64,000 nt of DNA from a virus. The stretch covers positions 32,001-96,000 of IMG/VR virus record IMGVR_UViG_3300032267_001142. One strand, given 5' to 3'. The number at the start of each line of letters is the position of its first letter. The stretch's first letter is position 1. The position numbers and the translations under genes were made by a program. The notes below the pieces were generated by a model. The model saw only the letters and a program-made list of their open reading frames with translations. It ran no database searches and had not been told where the DNA came from. Shown here piece after piece: positions 27,072-37,700 of this stretch.

Positions 27072-28690
27072 TGATAGCGTTTGACAATGTAACATTGCTG
27101 TCTTACTCGCATTCTCCGTCCTTCTTCGGTTTCGGATTACGCTACAAAGTTCAAAAGACCTTTTCTATAGAGGGCGTCCTTGTCGATTTATCTAATACGG
27201 ACGGTCTTACAGGGACGTGGACTAAAGCTGAGCTTCTAAATCTGAGCGCCAAAGATTACGAAGATATCATAATCAACGGAAAGAGCTTTGGTAAAGGTAA
27301 AGTTAGGTCTATTTCTTTCGCGGCGGGAAACCATGTTCAACAGCAGAAATACTCATTAAATATAGAGGCTTATTCTACTGGTGACCTGTCTTTGTCGCTC
27401 CCTCCAGAATATGACGGTTTGGACTTTTCAACAATCGCCTGCGTAGACTCGTTTAACGATTCTCTTTCGTTTACGCGTGATGAATCCAAGGACCAAGCAT
27501 ATCAGCACTCTTTGAATATTAGATTCAATCGTAACATCGCTTCACTTACGCAGAATCCGACAGATTTGGCGAAAGCTTTAGCCATTAATTTCTTTTCCAA
27601 TACAAATCTGTCTTCTTTTATCGGCGATTTCGATGGATTAGTAGTCAACAAGTATCATACCGAAACTTATAACGCGGTCGATTTCTCTTGTTCTATTTCT
27701 GAAACTTGGAAGATACCTAACGCTTCTGCCGGTGACTATTCCATTTCCTTCTTTCATACACTGACTCTTTCAGAAAAGGGCATTGTTTCCGCTTCCGAGA
27801 AGGGCTCTATTACAGCTCTGGCAACTCCGCGTCAGGCTTCGGCAGCTTTAGGTTTTGCTACTGAAGCGACGGACGCGCTGGTTTACGGACGCGTAAATAG
27901 TATCTATGCCAATTACAATTGGTCTATACTGCCCCTTCATGAAATCGTAATAAGCTCAGAGGTCTCCGATAACAAGTTCGAGGGAAAAATCGAGTATACC
28001 AAAACATTTACAAATGACCCAAAAGTCTTTGAATACGCTATTTGGGATAAAACTTTGTCATTCTCTAGGTCGGAACAGAACTATATCACCGTTTCTGAAC
28101 GCGGAAGTGTCAGAGGCATAGGAAGGCCGCTTGTGAATAAATTTGAAAGAGCTAAGGACTTTTACAATTCTAGTGTTTTATCCGGAATTGCCGCAAGAGC
28201 TTTGGCCTTTTACAACTACTGTGGCGGCACCAACGCCGCGTCGCTAGTTGTGGACAAGGTGGGTTATTCTGAGGCTAAATACGCAGGGGCGATAGACTAC
28301 GAGCGCTCTTGGACCGATAATCGTCAGTATATCATGGCAGCGGACATAAAAAAACAGGAAGTTTCGGTGTCTACTGAATATCCCGTTCATCTTACCTCCG
28401 TTTTCAATATTTTCAATGAAAAGCAGCTCATTCAACCCCAAAATACTTCTACCGTAGGAAATAGGAGTATCGAAATCAAGCTTCAGGGCGCTCGCTCAAC
28501 CACACTCGCGCAATATGTAGCCGCCGCAAAAGCAATCATAGTCGCTAATTCTTATCATCTAATCGGCACGGACCCAATAATATCATCAGCCAACTACTCT
28601 TTACAAAAGAACCGAAACCGTTTCTCTATGTCTGTAAGGCTCAGTTTTTTTGGTTTCTATCGAGCCTTCGAGAGGCTCTCTCTGTCTTAA
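27071..28690 (+). CDS. Tail tip protein (distal-tail-like)
   Basis: TAATG-coupled to TMP; beta-rich 539 aa. Confidence 0.5.
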   Translation: MIAFDNVTLLSYSHSPSFFGFGLRYKVQKTFSIEGVLVDLSNTDGLTGTWTKAELLNLSAKDYEDIIINGKSFGKGKVRSISFAAGNHVQQQKYSLNIEAYSTGDLSLSLPPEYDGLDFSTIACVDSFNDSLSFTRDESKDQAYQHSLNIRFNRNIASLTQNPTDLAKALAINFFSNTNLSSFIGDFDGLVVNKYHTETYNAVDFSCSISETWKIPNASAGDYSISFFHTLTLSEKGIVSASEKGSITALATPRQASAALGFATEATDALVYGRVNSIYANYNWSILPLHEIVISSEVSDNKFEGKIEYTKTFTNDPKVFEYAIWDKTLSFSRSEQNYITVSERGSVRGIGRPLVNKFERAKDFYNSSVLSGIAARALAFYNYCGGTNAASLVVDKVGYSEAKYAGAIDYERSWTDNRQYIMAADIKKQEVSVSTEYPVHLTSVFNIFNEKQLIQPQNTSTVGNRSIEIKLQGARSTTLAQYVAAAKAIIVANSYHLIGTDPIISSANYSLQKNRNRFSMSVRLSFFGFYRAFERLSLS

Positions 28691-28691
28691 C

Positions 28692-30293
28692 ATGATTACA
28701 GTTTTATACAACAACGTTGACTTATTTTCCGGTATCTGCCCTGTGCCGTTTATCGGCAGGGACGTGACGATACTAGAGTTCGGGGACCGTTGGGGAGAAA
28801 GGGAGACGTTCAAAATGAACGGCGTCATAACCGGTGGGTGTTCCGGTTTTTCCGGTATACTGGCGCGGCAAGAGACTCTCATCTCTAGGCTGTCTTCTGA
28901 TTATAAAGGCTTTGAGATTTCTCAGGGGGGCTTTTCCGTCTTTTCTCGCCCAGTCGTCGAGGTAGGAAATCTCAATTTTCAAGACTCTAATTTGGCTTAC
29001 TCGCTGCCATTTTCTTTAGAAATGCACGCCTATCCATCTGGGTATTTTTCTGGTGCTTATGGAGTCCTTGACCCTAAAAACGAGTTCTCATACTCGGAAT
29101 CCGAGGGTGGAATAATGTCTCTAGTGCATACGGTCAGCGCGAAGGGATTTAATACTAGCGCCTCGCAGAATAACGCCTTAGCTAACGCGAAGGCTTGGGT
29201 TTCTTCAAAGACGGGTTTAGGTTCGTTAGTCCTACCGGCTTTCATTGATTACAACTATCAGGCTTTTTGTCCGACAACAATTTCAGAGCAAATAAGTCGA
29301 ATCTCCGCGACTTACGAGGTAAGAGAGTCTTATACCACCGACCTTATGCAGGCGGGATTCGGTATACTGAGATACACAGTGCAGTCTTCCGAGAACTCTG
29401 AAGACGGGAAGATTACGATAACCGTTCAGGGCGATATTGCTGGGTGCAGCAACGGAACTATGGAGCAAGTGCGACAGCGTTTCGCTTCTTTTGACGCGTA
29501 TAGCGCTGCGAAAACATTTTATTTCATTGTCAGCGGCAATACCGACCTGAATTCTCAGTTCGTTTCTCGTGGCGTGTCTGAAGACCCACAAAAATTGAGG
29601 CTGTCTTTTTCTTTCGTTTTTGATAATAGTTTAGAGCTTCTAACTAAATTCGAGTATACAACCAAATTCAACTACGATATTACCGAAGACCTTATTTCGG
29701 CAGAAATAGAGGGCACAGTATCGTCTAGGTCGGAGCTTGGCGGCAGATGGGAAATCGTGAAAGCTTATGCTAATTCTTTAGACCTATTTTCTATTCTTAA
29801 TGCGTCCTACGCGTTATACGCAAGTAGTGTTGGAGTATCGTATCCGCTCAATCCTTACAAGCGCTCCGAATCGCGCTCAGAAAATGAATTTACGTGCGAA
29901 ATTAAGCTGTCTCAGACCTACACTAACGCGCCAATACCTCCGAACGGCTTCCTTGAGCAAGACGTTAGTATCGAAATCTCCCCGTCTCTTCGTCAGTATT
30001 CTTTCAATCCGTGCTTAGACGGCTCAGGAAATTACGTCGTTACTGACTTAGGTTACTCGACGAGACAAAGAGCCTCATTTTCCATCGCCTCCGTCGCCGC
30101 GACTGGCTCTTCTACAGAGGCGGCTTTAGCCTCGATGAAGGGGCAAATGGTGGAATTGTTCAATATCTTTTTGGGAGGCGTCCGGCCAAATTTAGAGTCC
30201 CAATCACAGACTGTATCAGATGAGGCGTTTGGTCTCGCACCGTCGCTTTCTTGCTCTTATACATCCGAAGGGCCTATTTTCACTATCCCATAA
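28692..30293 (+). CDS. Tail tip protein, possible paralogue of the upstream gene
   Basis: ATG 28692 after the upstream stop; similar size and repeating beta modules. Confidence 0.5.
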   Translation: MITVLYNNVDLFSGICPVPFIGRDVTILEFGDRWGERETFKMNGVITGGCSGFSGILARQETLISRLSSDYKGFEISQGGFSVFSRPVVEVGNLNFQDSNLAYSLPFSLEMHAYPSGYFSGAYGVLDPKNEFSYSESEGGIMSLVHTVSAKGFNTSASQNNALANAKAWVSSKTGLGSLVLPAFIDYNYQAFCPTTISEQISRISATYEVRESYTTDLMQAGFGILRYTVQSSENSEDGKITITVQGDIAGCSNGTMEQVRQRFASFDAYSAAKTFYFIVSGNTDLNSQFVSRGVSEDPQKLRLSFSFVFDNSLELLTKFEYTTKFNYDITEDLISAEIEGTVSSRSELGGRWEIVKAYANSLDLFSILNASYALYASSVGVSYPLNPYKRSESRSENEFTCEIKLSQTYTNAPIPPNGFLEQDVSIEISPSLRQYSFNPCLDGSGNYVVTDLGYSTRQRASFSIASVAATGSSTEAALASMKGQMVELFNIFLGGVRPNLESQSQTVSDEAFGLAPSLSCSYTSEGPIFTIP

Positions 30294-30304
30294 GGGTCAT
30301 TTGC

Positions 30305-30311
30305 GTGTAAA
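30305..30311 (+). promoter_or_regulatory. Putative late promoter GTGTAAA
   Basis: Intergenic, 30 nt from motif start to ATG 30335. Confidence 0.65.
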
Positions 30312-30334
30312 CCTTTATTGGTAAAAGGTATTAC

Positions 30335-31996
30335 ATGGCTCTATCAGGTCTTAGCTATTTCTTCAGGGAGGCTGGGTTATCCAGCGCGTCTATCCCGGCT
30401 TACTACGATTTTCGTGTTTCTGGAGCTTTTGCCCGCTCGGTAGCTCCCTCTGATGGTCTCAATTCAGGAATCTTGTCTGGGCTTTCTCCCTCTTTTTGGG
30501 CGAGGGCTCATTCTGGGCTGTTTATTGGCGGTTTTGTGCAGCCTTCTCAACGGAATCGGATGGTTTCCGATTACTGGACGCATCTTTTCATCTATCAGAG
30601 AAACAACGCTGGACACGCTGTATTATTTGATAGTTACTCTGGTGGTTCTGGCTATACAATAGGAATGACGGCGACGAATAACGTATATTTTTCGTCCGAT
30701 AGCGAGCGTGGGCCGCAAACTTTGGTGAGTAAGATATCTTCTCCAGATAAGTCTGCTTTCGCCGTAGTTAAGGCGGATGGAGCTATCGCTTTCTATCATT
30801 TGCGTCCTGATGTGATGAGCGTATATAGCGATGCCGCAAGATGTTATCCATTCTTGGAGAACGCGTCGTATTGCAGGCTAGGTTCTAATTATGGACTTAC
30901 TCCCGACATTGCTCGCGGATATTTGGATGAATACGCCTATCTGAATCTTGCTGCTGACGCGAATCTTGTGAAATCGCTGTTTTCGGGAATGTTTTCTCAG
31001 TATACTGTGTCGGCAGCGCCAGTAAGCTATACGGGCTACATTGGCATAACCGGATATCGTCAAGCCCTCACCGGAATTACCGGCGTGACTGGATATCAAT
31101 ATTCAACCACACCGACCGGATACGATACTTTCGGCGACCCAATGTTTAGTCCTTCAGGAATCGCTATGACCGGATATATTATGTCTGGATTGGCTCAGAT
31201 ACCCATGACTGGATGGATTAACGTGCCGATGACGGGTGCGGCATCAGGTTCGTTTGTTGTTGATACTGGTTTTATCCTTAAAACCTTCGGATACAACAAG
31301 ATATCTTTTATCCACCAAATCAGTCCGGACGACGCTATTAGCGCTGTAGGCTACCAAAAAACAATTGGTGACACATATAACAAGACTGCTGAATTTGATT
31401 CCATAAAGGGCAAGTTTGAAATGGATGCGCCATATCGCTCAGGCGACATCATGATGTTTAGAAATGGTGTTTTGCAAAAAATTGATGCCATCTCTGGGGT
31501 TGTCGGCCTTTATTCCACGACCCCTGTGACGGTAGGAGATTGTGGCGTCACAGGGCATGATATTCTATTCGCTACTCCAGCGACCTATAATGAAACCGTC
31601 GTGTATGACTTGGCTTATGCCGACATCAGAGCTTTCGGAACCGGCCACTACAATAGCGGCGAGCTAATGCCGGTAACACCCACTGCAATTGATAGGGTTT
31701 TCGTGAACGGCTTACTCCAGTATAGCGGCCTAGACTATTCTATTTCTGGCGCTAGCGGGTATTGGAATAGGGACGTCGATGGTGAGATTCTATTTTCGAC
31801 GCTTTACGGGCAAACCGTAGACTTAACCGGCAATCCACCATTGCGTAATTTCGTGATTGGAAGCTCACAGGTTTTCAGAAATGGGGCTAGACAGACTTTG
31901 GGTTCTAACTATGTCGAATCTAGCACATTTTCTCTTCTCGGCTTTAGTGGGATATTTGAGACTGTGACAGACGAAGTATATAATACAGAAGTTTAA
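30335..31996 (+). CDS. Virion protein with LamG/concanavalin-like N-terminal domain and TG-rich repeats
   Basis: LamG-like strands ending GYLDEYAYLN; TGY/ITG repeats; three VFxNGxxQ-type modules. Confidence 0.55.
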   Translation: MALSGLSYFFREAGLSSASIPAYYDFRVSGAFARSVAPSDGLNSGILSGLSPSFWARAHSGLFIGGFVQPSQRNRMVSDYWTHLFIYQRNNAGHAVLFDSYSGGSGYTIGMTATNNVYFSSDSERGPQTLVSKISSPDKSAFAVVKADGAIAFYHLRPDVMSVYSDAARCYPFLENASYCRLGSNYGLTPDIARGYLDEYAYLNLAADANLVKSLFSGMFSQYTVSAAPVSYTGYIGITGYRQALTGITGVTGYQYSTTPTGYDTFGDPMFSPSGIAMTGYIMSGLAQIPMTGWINVPMTGAASGSFVVDTGFILKTFGYNKISFIHQISPDDAISAVGYQKTIGDTYNKTAEFDSIKGKFEMDAPYRSGDIMMFRNGVLQKIDAISGVVGLYSTTPVTVGDCGVTGHDILFATPATYNETVVYDLAYADIRAFGTGHYNSGELMPVTPTAIDRVFVNGLLQYSGLDYSISGASGYWNRDVDGEILFSTLYGQTVDLTGNPPLRNFVIGSSQVFRNGARQTLGSNYVESSTFSLLGFSGIFETVTDEVYNTEV

Positions 31997-31997
31997 T

Positions 31998-34739
31998 ATG
32001 GCAATCTCAAGTATACCACAGGTTAAAATCAACGGCTCTTCCAAGGCTTATGGAGGTTACATCTTTAATGTCAATTACGTTGTTGGCCTTAACAAAGTTC
32101 CTTCAGAAATAACAATATCTTTTATTAGCGAATCCGGCTCATATCAACGCCCTACCCTTTCGAGCACGGTTCCCGTAAAAATCTCTATAGGCAATCTCGT
32201 CGACGATACGTTTTACCCAATCTCTCTATCTGACAAGCGCAGCGGCGGCTCCAAAACCCTAGACGTTACATTCCGCGATTCTAGTCTAATTCTTGACAAA
32301 TTGTTTATCGGATTGCACAAGCAACACGGTATCAATAAGAGGGCTGTCAGCAGAAAGAGCGCGACTAGCCTAGATAACTATGTGTCGAGCATATACCCAG
32401 ACCCGATTCTTCATGTTTCGGAAAAAGGCTCGAATCTTATCATCGTTGGCGAAGAGGTTCACCCGTGCGACATGAACGACGATTTAGTTTTCGATGCTGC
32501 GGATTTGGAGCTGCTCGCTTACGACGCTAGTGACCCCTGCCAGCTCAAATGCAATCATCATTACGCGGATTACAACTCTATACACGCAGAATGCGTCACA
32601 AAAACCCGCACCTCAATTCTAGAAGTCAATTATAATCTAGAAGAGCTTCTCGCGGCAATCTCTCAGTATGTCTCGGTCGCTCAGGAGCCTTCGGATGTTC
32701 ACACAAAATATCGAGCAAAATATACGGGGACGTTAAGGTCTGTATTGACTAGCTGGTGTTCCGACTTGGGATTATCTTTCTTCTGGGAAAAGGGACAGCT
32801 ACATTTTGTAGATGTAAGTAAGAGAGTTAAAATAACGATTCCTGAGCTTCCTTGCTTTAAGGAATTCGAGTTCAATTCTACACTCGAAGGCACAATCTGC
32901 CGAGGCACCATAACTAATTATTCAAAACAAGGCGAAATCATTTCCACCAATTGTAATTCGCCACAACCCGTTGCTCTTTCTTGTCTTACGCTACGTGACT
33001 TGTATCGTGATGTCTGGGTTCCTTCTGACCCGTTTGGCGACACTGGGACACCTCACCAGAAAAACAAAAGCTCTAGCGCGGCGGTAGGCACTTCTTCGTA
33101 TAAGTATAAAGACACTAAATATCCGCTAGGGGTTCCTGTCGAAAAACTGGAAGAGGCAGTTATTTGTTCTTTCTATGACCAGCGATTGAGATGGTTGTAT
33201 ATCCTAAGAAATTACTATGGACTGAACCAAGTCTCCGATTGGAGAGCCTCGATTAACGGGACGGCTGATAGGTTCGGGCAGATGAAAATTCTTGGCGTGT
33301 GCGACTCTTCTGACACTACGGCTTACTCCGCGCTGACTGCCGACGGAACTGCTTTTGATGTTAAACGTGGCGAACTAAAATCTTTCCAAGATAACCAAGG
33401 ATTCTTCGTCATCGCGGAGCTGAACCAAGACCTGTTAGAAGAGCAGTACGCGTTTGAGGCTGGCCTTGGCGCGTCTTTTATAGGTCAACACTGGGTTCGC
33501 AGCTATATCGGCCCAAATTCAGGCACCGCTCCAGAAATTAAACCCAACGGTCAATATTTGGGCGGAGCGACGGCGGAGCTTAAACAAGCAGGCTTCACTT
33601 CATTTCGGCACTCAAACAACTCTAAAGTAGCTAATCTCGCGAGACAACTTCAGGAACAACCCGAGTTGCTAGACAACAAAAGCCCGCTGAAGAATCGAAA
33701 TTTTATTCACAAAAACACGCGTTCTGTAATTTACTACGACAGAGGCTCCAACGCGAGATGGATGCCAAGAAGGGACGACAAACAAAACGAATTTCAAAAA
33801 GTCCTAGATAATATGGCCTCTCAGATGCCTGCGGTCATCAACGTTCAGGAGGCGGCAATTACTAATGTTCTGGCGTCTTTGCAAATATCGAACGCAAAAA
33901 ACGCTAAAGATTTGCAACAAAAAATCAAGGACAAAAAGGTTGTCATTTTGGCAATGTATCCAGGATACTTCACCATGACTGCATCGAAAGTCACAAATCC
34001 AGAAGAGGAGAGCCCGATGCACGTTCCTATCGGAGAGTCTTCGGTTTCTCAGCTCGGGCTGATGTCGAAGACTTCGTATAAGTATCTAGTCTGGGGAATG
34101 CCCGTTATTATGCCCGCCGCGTCTTCATGTAGGTTTAATAAGGACTACGATGACCCGTTGCTGACGACCTCAACAAACTTCCAGTTAAAAGTCAGGACTC
34201 AGGTCGATATGTCGAAGCCTTCTCTGATTACGGCTCCTCATTATCTGGTAGCTGTAAATCAAACCTATACGCCTTATTTTGAACTACCGAAGATACAGGC
34301 GGTGTTTTCCTCTTCTCCTGCGGTTGGGGACGCGCTTGCTGTCGAATACGCCGTTTATCCTCAAGGCTCCAAAAAAGAAATGGCTTTGCTTGCAAATATG
34401 AAAGACGAGTGCGTGCCTGATACGTCCTCTTTGCAGGCTTATCATGACGATTTCAACGCCAAACTCGTTGAAAGTGTCACGGAACCCTTTGACAGTTATA
34501 CGTTTTCGATTGACGGAGTTACCCTAGACAGCGCAGTGACGCCATCTATTTCCAATGGTTTAGAAAGAGTCAACATATCTGTATCCGAAAGAGGTGTTTC
34601 GTCTTCGTTCACTTTTGGAAATTCTTTGTTTACACCGATTCGTTTGGATACGAAACGCCAAGAAGTAGAATACGCGCTGGCGGCTTCTAGGAGGTCCGAA
34701 TTGTTCGGAAAATACGCAATGCCATCTCAGTCAGTATAA
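31998..34739 (+). CDS. Baseplate hub / tail tip protein
   Basis: 913 aa; TLDVTFRDSS and GTLRSVLTSWCSDLGLSFFW pattern typical of hub proteins; synteny. Confidence 0.55.
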   Translation: MAISSIPQVKINGSSKAYGGYIFNVNYVVGLNKVPSEITISFISESGSYQRPTLSSTVPVKISIGNLVDDTFYPISLSDKRSGGSKTLDVTFRDSSLILDKLFIGLHKQHGINKRAVSRKSATSLDNYVSSIYPDPILHVSEKGSNLIIVGEEVHPCDMNDDLVFDAADLELLAYDASDPCQLKCNHHYADYNSIHAECVTKTRTSILEVNYNLEELLAAISQYVSVAQEPSDVHTKYRAKYTGTLRSVLTSWCSDLGLSFFWEKGQLHFVDVSKRVKITIPELPCFKEFEFNSTLEGTICRGTITNYSKQGEIISTNCNSPQPVALSCLTLRDLYRDVWVPSDPFGDTGTPHQKNKSSSAAVGTSSYKYKDTKYPLGVPVEKLEEAVICSFYDQRLRWLYILRNYYGLNQVSDWRASINGTADRFGQMKILGVCDSSDTTAYSALTADGTAFDVKRGELKSFQDNQGFFVIAELNQDLLEEQYAFEAGLGASFIGQHWVRSYIGPNSGTAPEIKPNGQYLGGATAELKQAGFTSFRHSNNSKVANLARQLQEQPELLDNKSPLKNRNFIHKNTRSVIYYDRGSNARWMPRRDDKQNEFQKVLDNMASQMPAVINVQEAAITNVLASLQISNAKNAKDLQQKIKDKKVVILAMYPGYFTMTASKVTNPEEESPMHVPIGESSVSQLGLMSKTSYKYLVWGMPVIMPAASSCRFNKDYDDPLLTTSTNFQLKVRTQVDMSKPSLITAPHYLVAVNQTYTPYFELPKIQAVFSSSPAVGDALAVEYAVYPQGSKKEMALLANMKDECVPDTSSLQAYHDDFNAKLVESVTEPFDSYTFSIDGVTLDSAVTPSISNGLERVNISVSERGVSSSFTFGNSLFTPIRLDTKRQEVEYALAASRRSELFGKYAMPSQSV

Positions 34740-37700
34740 TGAATACATCGTCAAAAATCAGCTCCAATTTCTATACTCAAACGGGAGTAGTAAGTTATCT
34801 ATTCGATATAGCACTCGATTCTACCCGCTCGGGCGCTTCTGTAGGCTTACGCTCCAGCTCTACTTCTTTCTATTTTACCTTTCGTAGTGGAAAGATTTTT
34901 GACTGGAGTAGACGAGTTATTGGTGGCTATTCTGCCGACGTTCCTGTAGAGATTTCTGGACAGGTGGGGCGCGGTCTCGCGGACTGCTTTATTAACGGTG
35001 TTCCAGCGGTTTTGGGCGGAGCTGCACCGACTGGAAATTGGACGGGTTGGTTTTTGGACCCTACCGGCGTTTCGGTAGATATCTTGAGTTCGGTACGCGG
35101 AAATCGTCCCGCTTACTCGGTGACTACTTCTGGAGAGTTTTTGGGACCGAACACCCCTGTATACGGGGCTATCACTAATAATTCCTCATTGCCGTTTTTG
35201 TTAGTGGGAACGGAGTTGATGTCTAATAGCTCTGACTTTAGGCTTACGTCTGGCGATAGCGGCAAAACGATTCAACCTTCAGAGAGCGGCGTTTTCGCGT
35301 TGAAGTCTGATGTTTCCGGAGCGTTCGGAGTTCTGCCTTTAAGGATTTCTACTGATTTCGGTCTAATTGATTTGAACTTTTCGGTTTACGGAAATTATCA
35401 AAACCTAGGGAACTCAAGCGTAACTATCTCGCCAGAATCGAATCTGAACGCCTTATTAGGCATCTACACTCCAGTCTCCTCTTTCGTAGATAACTATCCA
35501 AATAGTGCGGACTTTTCTGTAGAACTCGCGTATGTAAGCGGCACAACGGGAAACATTTTTGGAAGTCAGAGAAGAACACAAATAAAAACCGCCGCTCTTT
35601 CTGGTAAAATTTCTGGCTCTGGATTTTTGGAATCCGGAGCAGTTTCTACAATCGTCTATTTTGATACGGGTCTCTCGGGCAACGTTTCAGGTAACGGAAC
35701 TGGTGTTTATAGAAGTGCTTGGGTAACTTCAGTTTCAAGCGTTGGTCAAACCTTTAGTGTCCGTTCTACGGGACTCGGCGACGGGTCTCTATACGGCGAT
35801 TTCTCTGCTAGCGGAAAAGTCTTTTCTGCCGCGTCTGGAAATGTCGGACTGTTTGGCGATTACTCTTCTCCTAGAACGTTCTTTAATGTTTCTGGGTCTG
35901 GAACTTATCCGTTTTATTACCAAGGGGTAATACCGGTTTCTTCTGGACAATCGTTTTTAACTTACTCTGGTATTTTCCCTCTGTCGTCTATTATTCCTCA
36001 AGCTTACATAAGCTCAGGTCTACTGACAAAAGGTAAACTATTCTCCGGTTTACTGTATCAGCAGTATCGGGTCACTGGTTTGGGCTTCGCGACAGGAGCT
36101 TTTCAAACCGGTAAGGTAGACTCAAAATTCAACTACAATTTTGAACCAGGCTTATATATCTTTTCAAAGTCCTTTAGTGGATTGGTGTCCTCGTCACCTT
36201 ATACTCCGCCCGAACTTTTTGACCCGAGCGTTTGTGGTACCCAGAAAGAGATAGTCGCTAGTGGAGAAATTTTTGGAAACTTTTCTTGGCCGTCTTCAAA
36301 GATTTCCCTTCTCGGCCCAAGCGGATACAATAGTAGCGTAAGCGGAGACTTCTTGGACTGCGTTTCTATTAATTCGCTTCCTAACATTGTCGCTTCAGGT
36401 ATCCCATCCTCAATATTCGCTCCTGACGGTTCGGTCGTCTCTCATGATAGAGTTGTTTACTTTTCGCCGTCGGGAGGCTTTTCTGTCAATGAAAATAGCA
36501 GTTTCGTAGGCACCAAAAGAACTTCTATCTCAAGAATGGGTTCGACTCCCAGCGGCTACGGATTCTTTTCCGGAATAGTCGAGGACTGCGGACATGAGGG
36601 TGTGTGGAGGGAGTCCGTCTCTTATGAGTCTCAATTGCTATCGGGAAAACTAAGGCACGCCAAATATGGCGAAATGAGCTGCGTGGGGTTCCTCACCGAG
36701 AGCGGTGTCACTAAAAATAGTTTCGCGAAAGTTGTTATTGACTCGGAAAAGCCGATGTTGTTTTTGGCAGAGAACTATCCGAGCCTGCTGTCTCGATATG
36801 AGAATCTTGGGCAAACTGGGCAGACCTCTTTGTCAATGTATCCGGTGATAGAGCTTTATAAAAACTATTCTGGGGCTATCGCCGCGACAGGTTCAGTCGG
36901 GTGGACTGGCCGATTAATCTCAGGAGCGCGACTGTTTATAAACGGCTACGTTGCGAAATACGAACCCGTTCTGGGCTCTACAGGAAGTGGCGTTTTCTAT
37001 GATATTTATTCGCTAAAGTCGCTGCTTAACGACGACTTGAGGTATAAAGTTAAGGCGGAGGTAGATTATCCAGATTATAAATCGCTCTTTTTGTCTGCGA
37101 GAGTTTGGGGCGTCTCGGGAAATTCGGTAACTCTTTCTGGCAACTCTGGGTTCATATTCTCAGACAGCCATCTAACGGGCGGTATCGCCGAAGGCGCACA
37201 AGTCCGTTATTTGCCAATTTCTGAAAATTCATGCTGGAATCAGGGATTAGGAATGACGCAGTCCCTTTTAGAAAAGGCCAAAAAACCTCTGTCGTCATGC
37301 TATGCAGCAATCGGAACTGTATTGACAAAGGGAGAGTATATTCTCAAAACGTCTTATACCTCACCATTTGCAAGTGGCAATGCCAATTCTCGCGGCTTCG
37401 TTAGTTTTGCTACGGGCGAGTTTAGAACCTGCGAGTCTTGGAAATATCTTCCTGTTGAAATTAAAAGAGCTGGCGGCTCTTTGGGGCGCATTTACTGTGA
37501 AATCTCTACTTACGAAAGACCACAGGATATTGCAGAGGGCGCAGGAAAAGACTACACGGGAGACAAGTTTTATACACAACTGTCGGAAGGTCAGTCTGGG
37601 GCTTTTGTTTATGTCCCTGTTGTGGATGAGGGCGACAAGGAAGTGACAGAATCTCTCGGTCTCTCTTTGCTCGCTTATTATGAGAACGCTCCAGAAGTTT

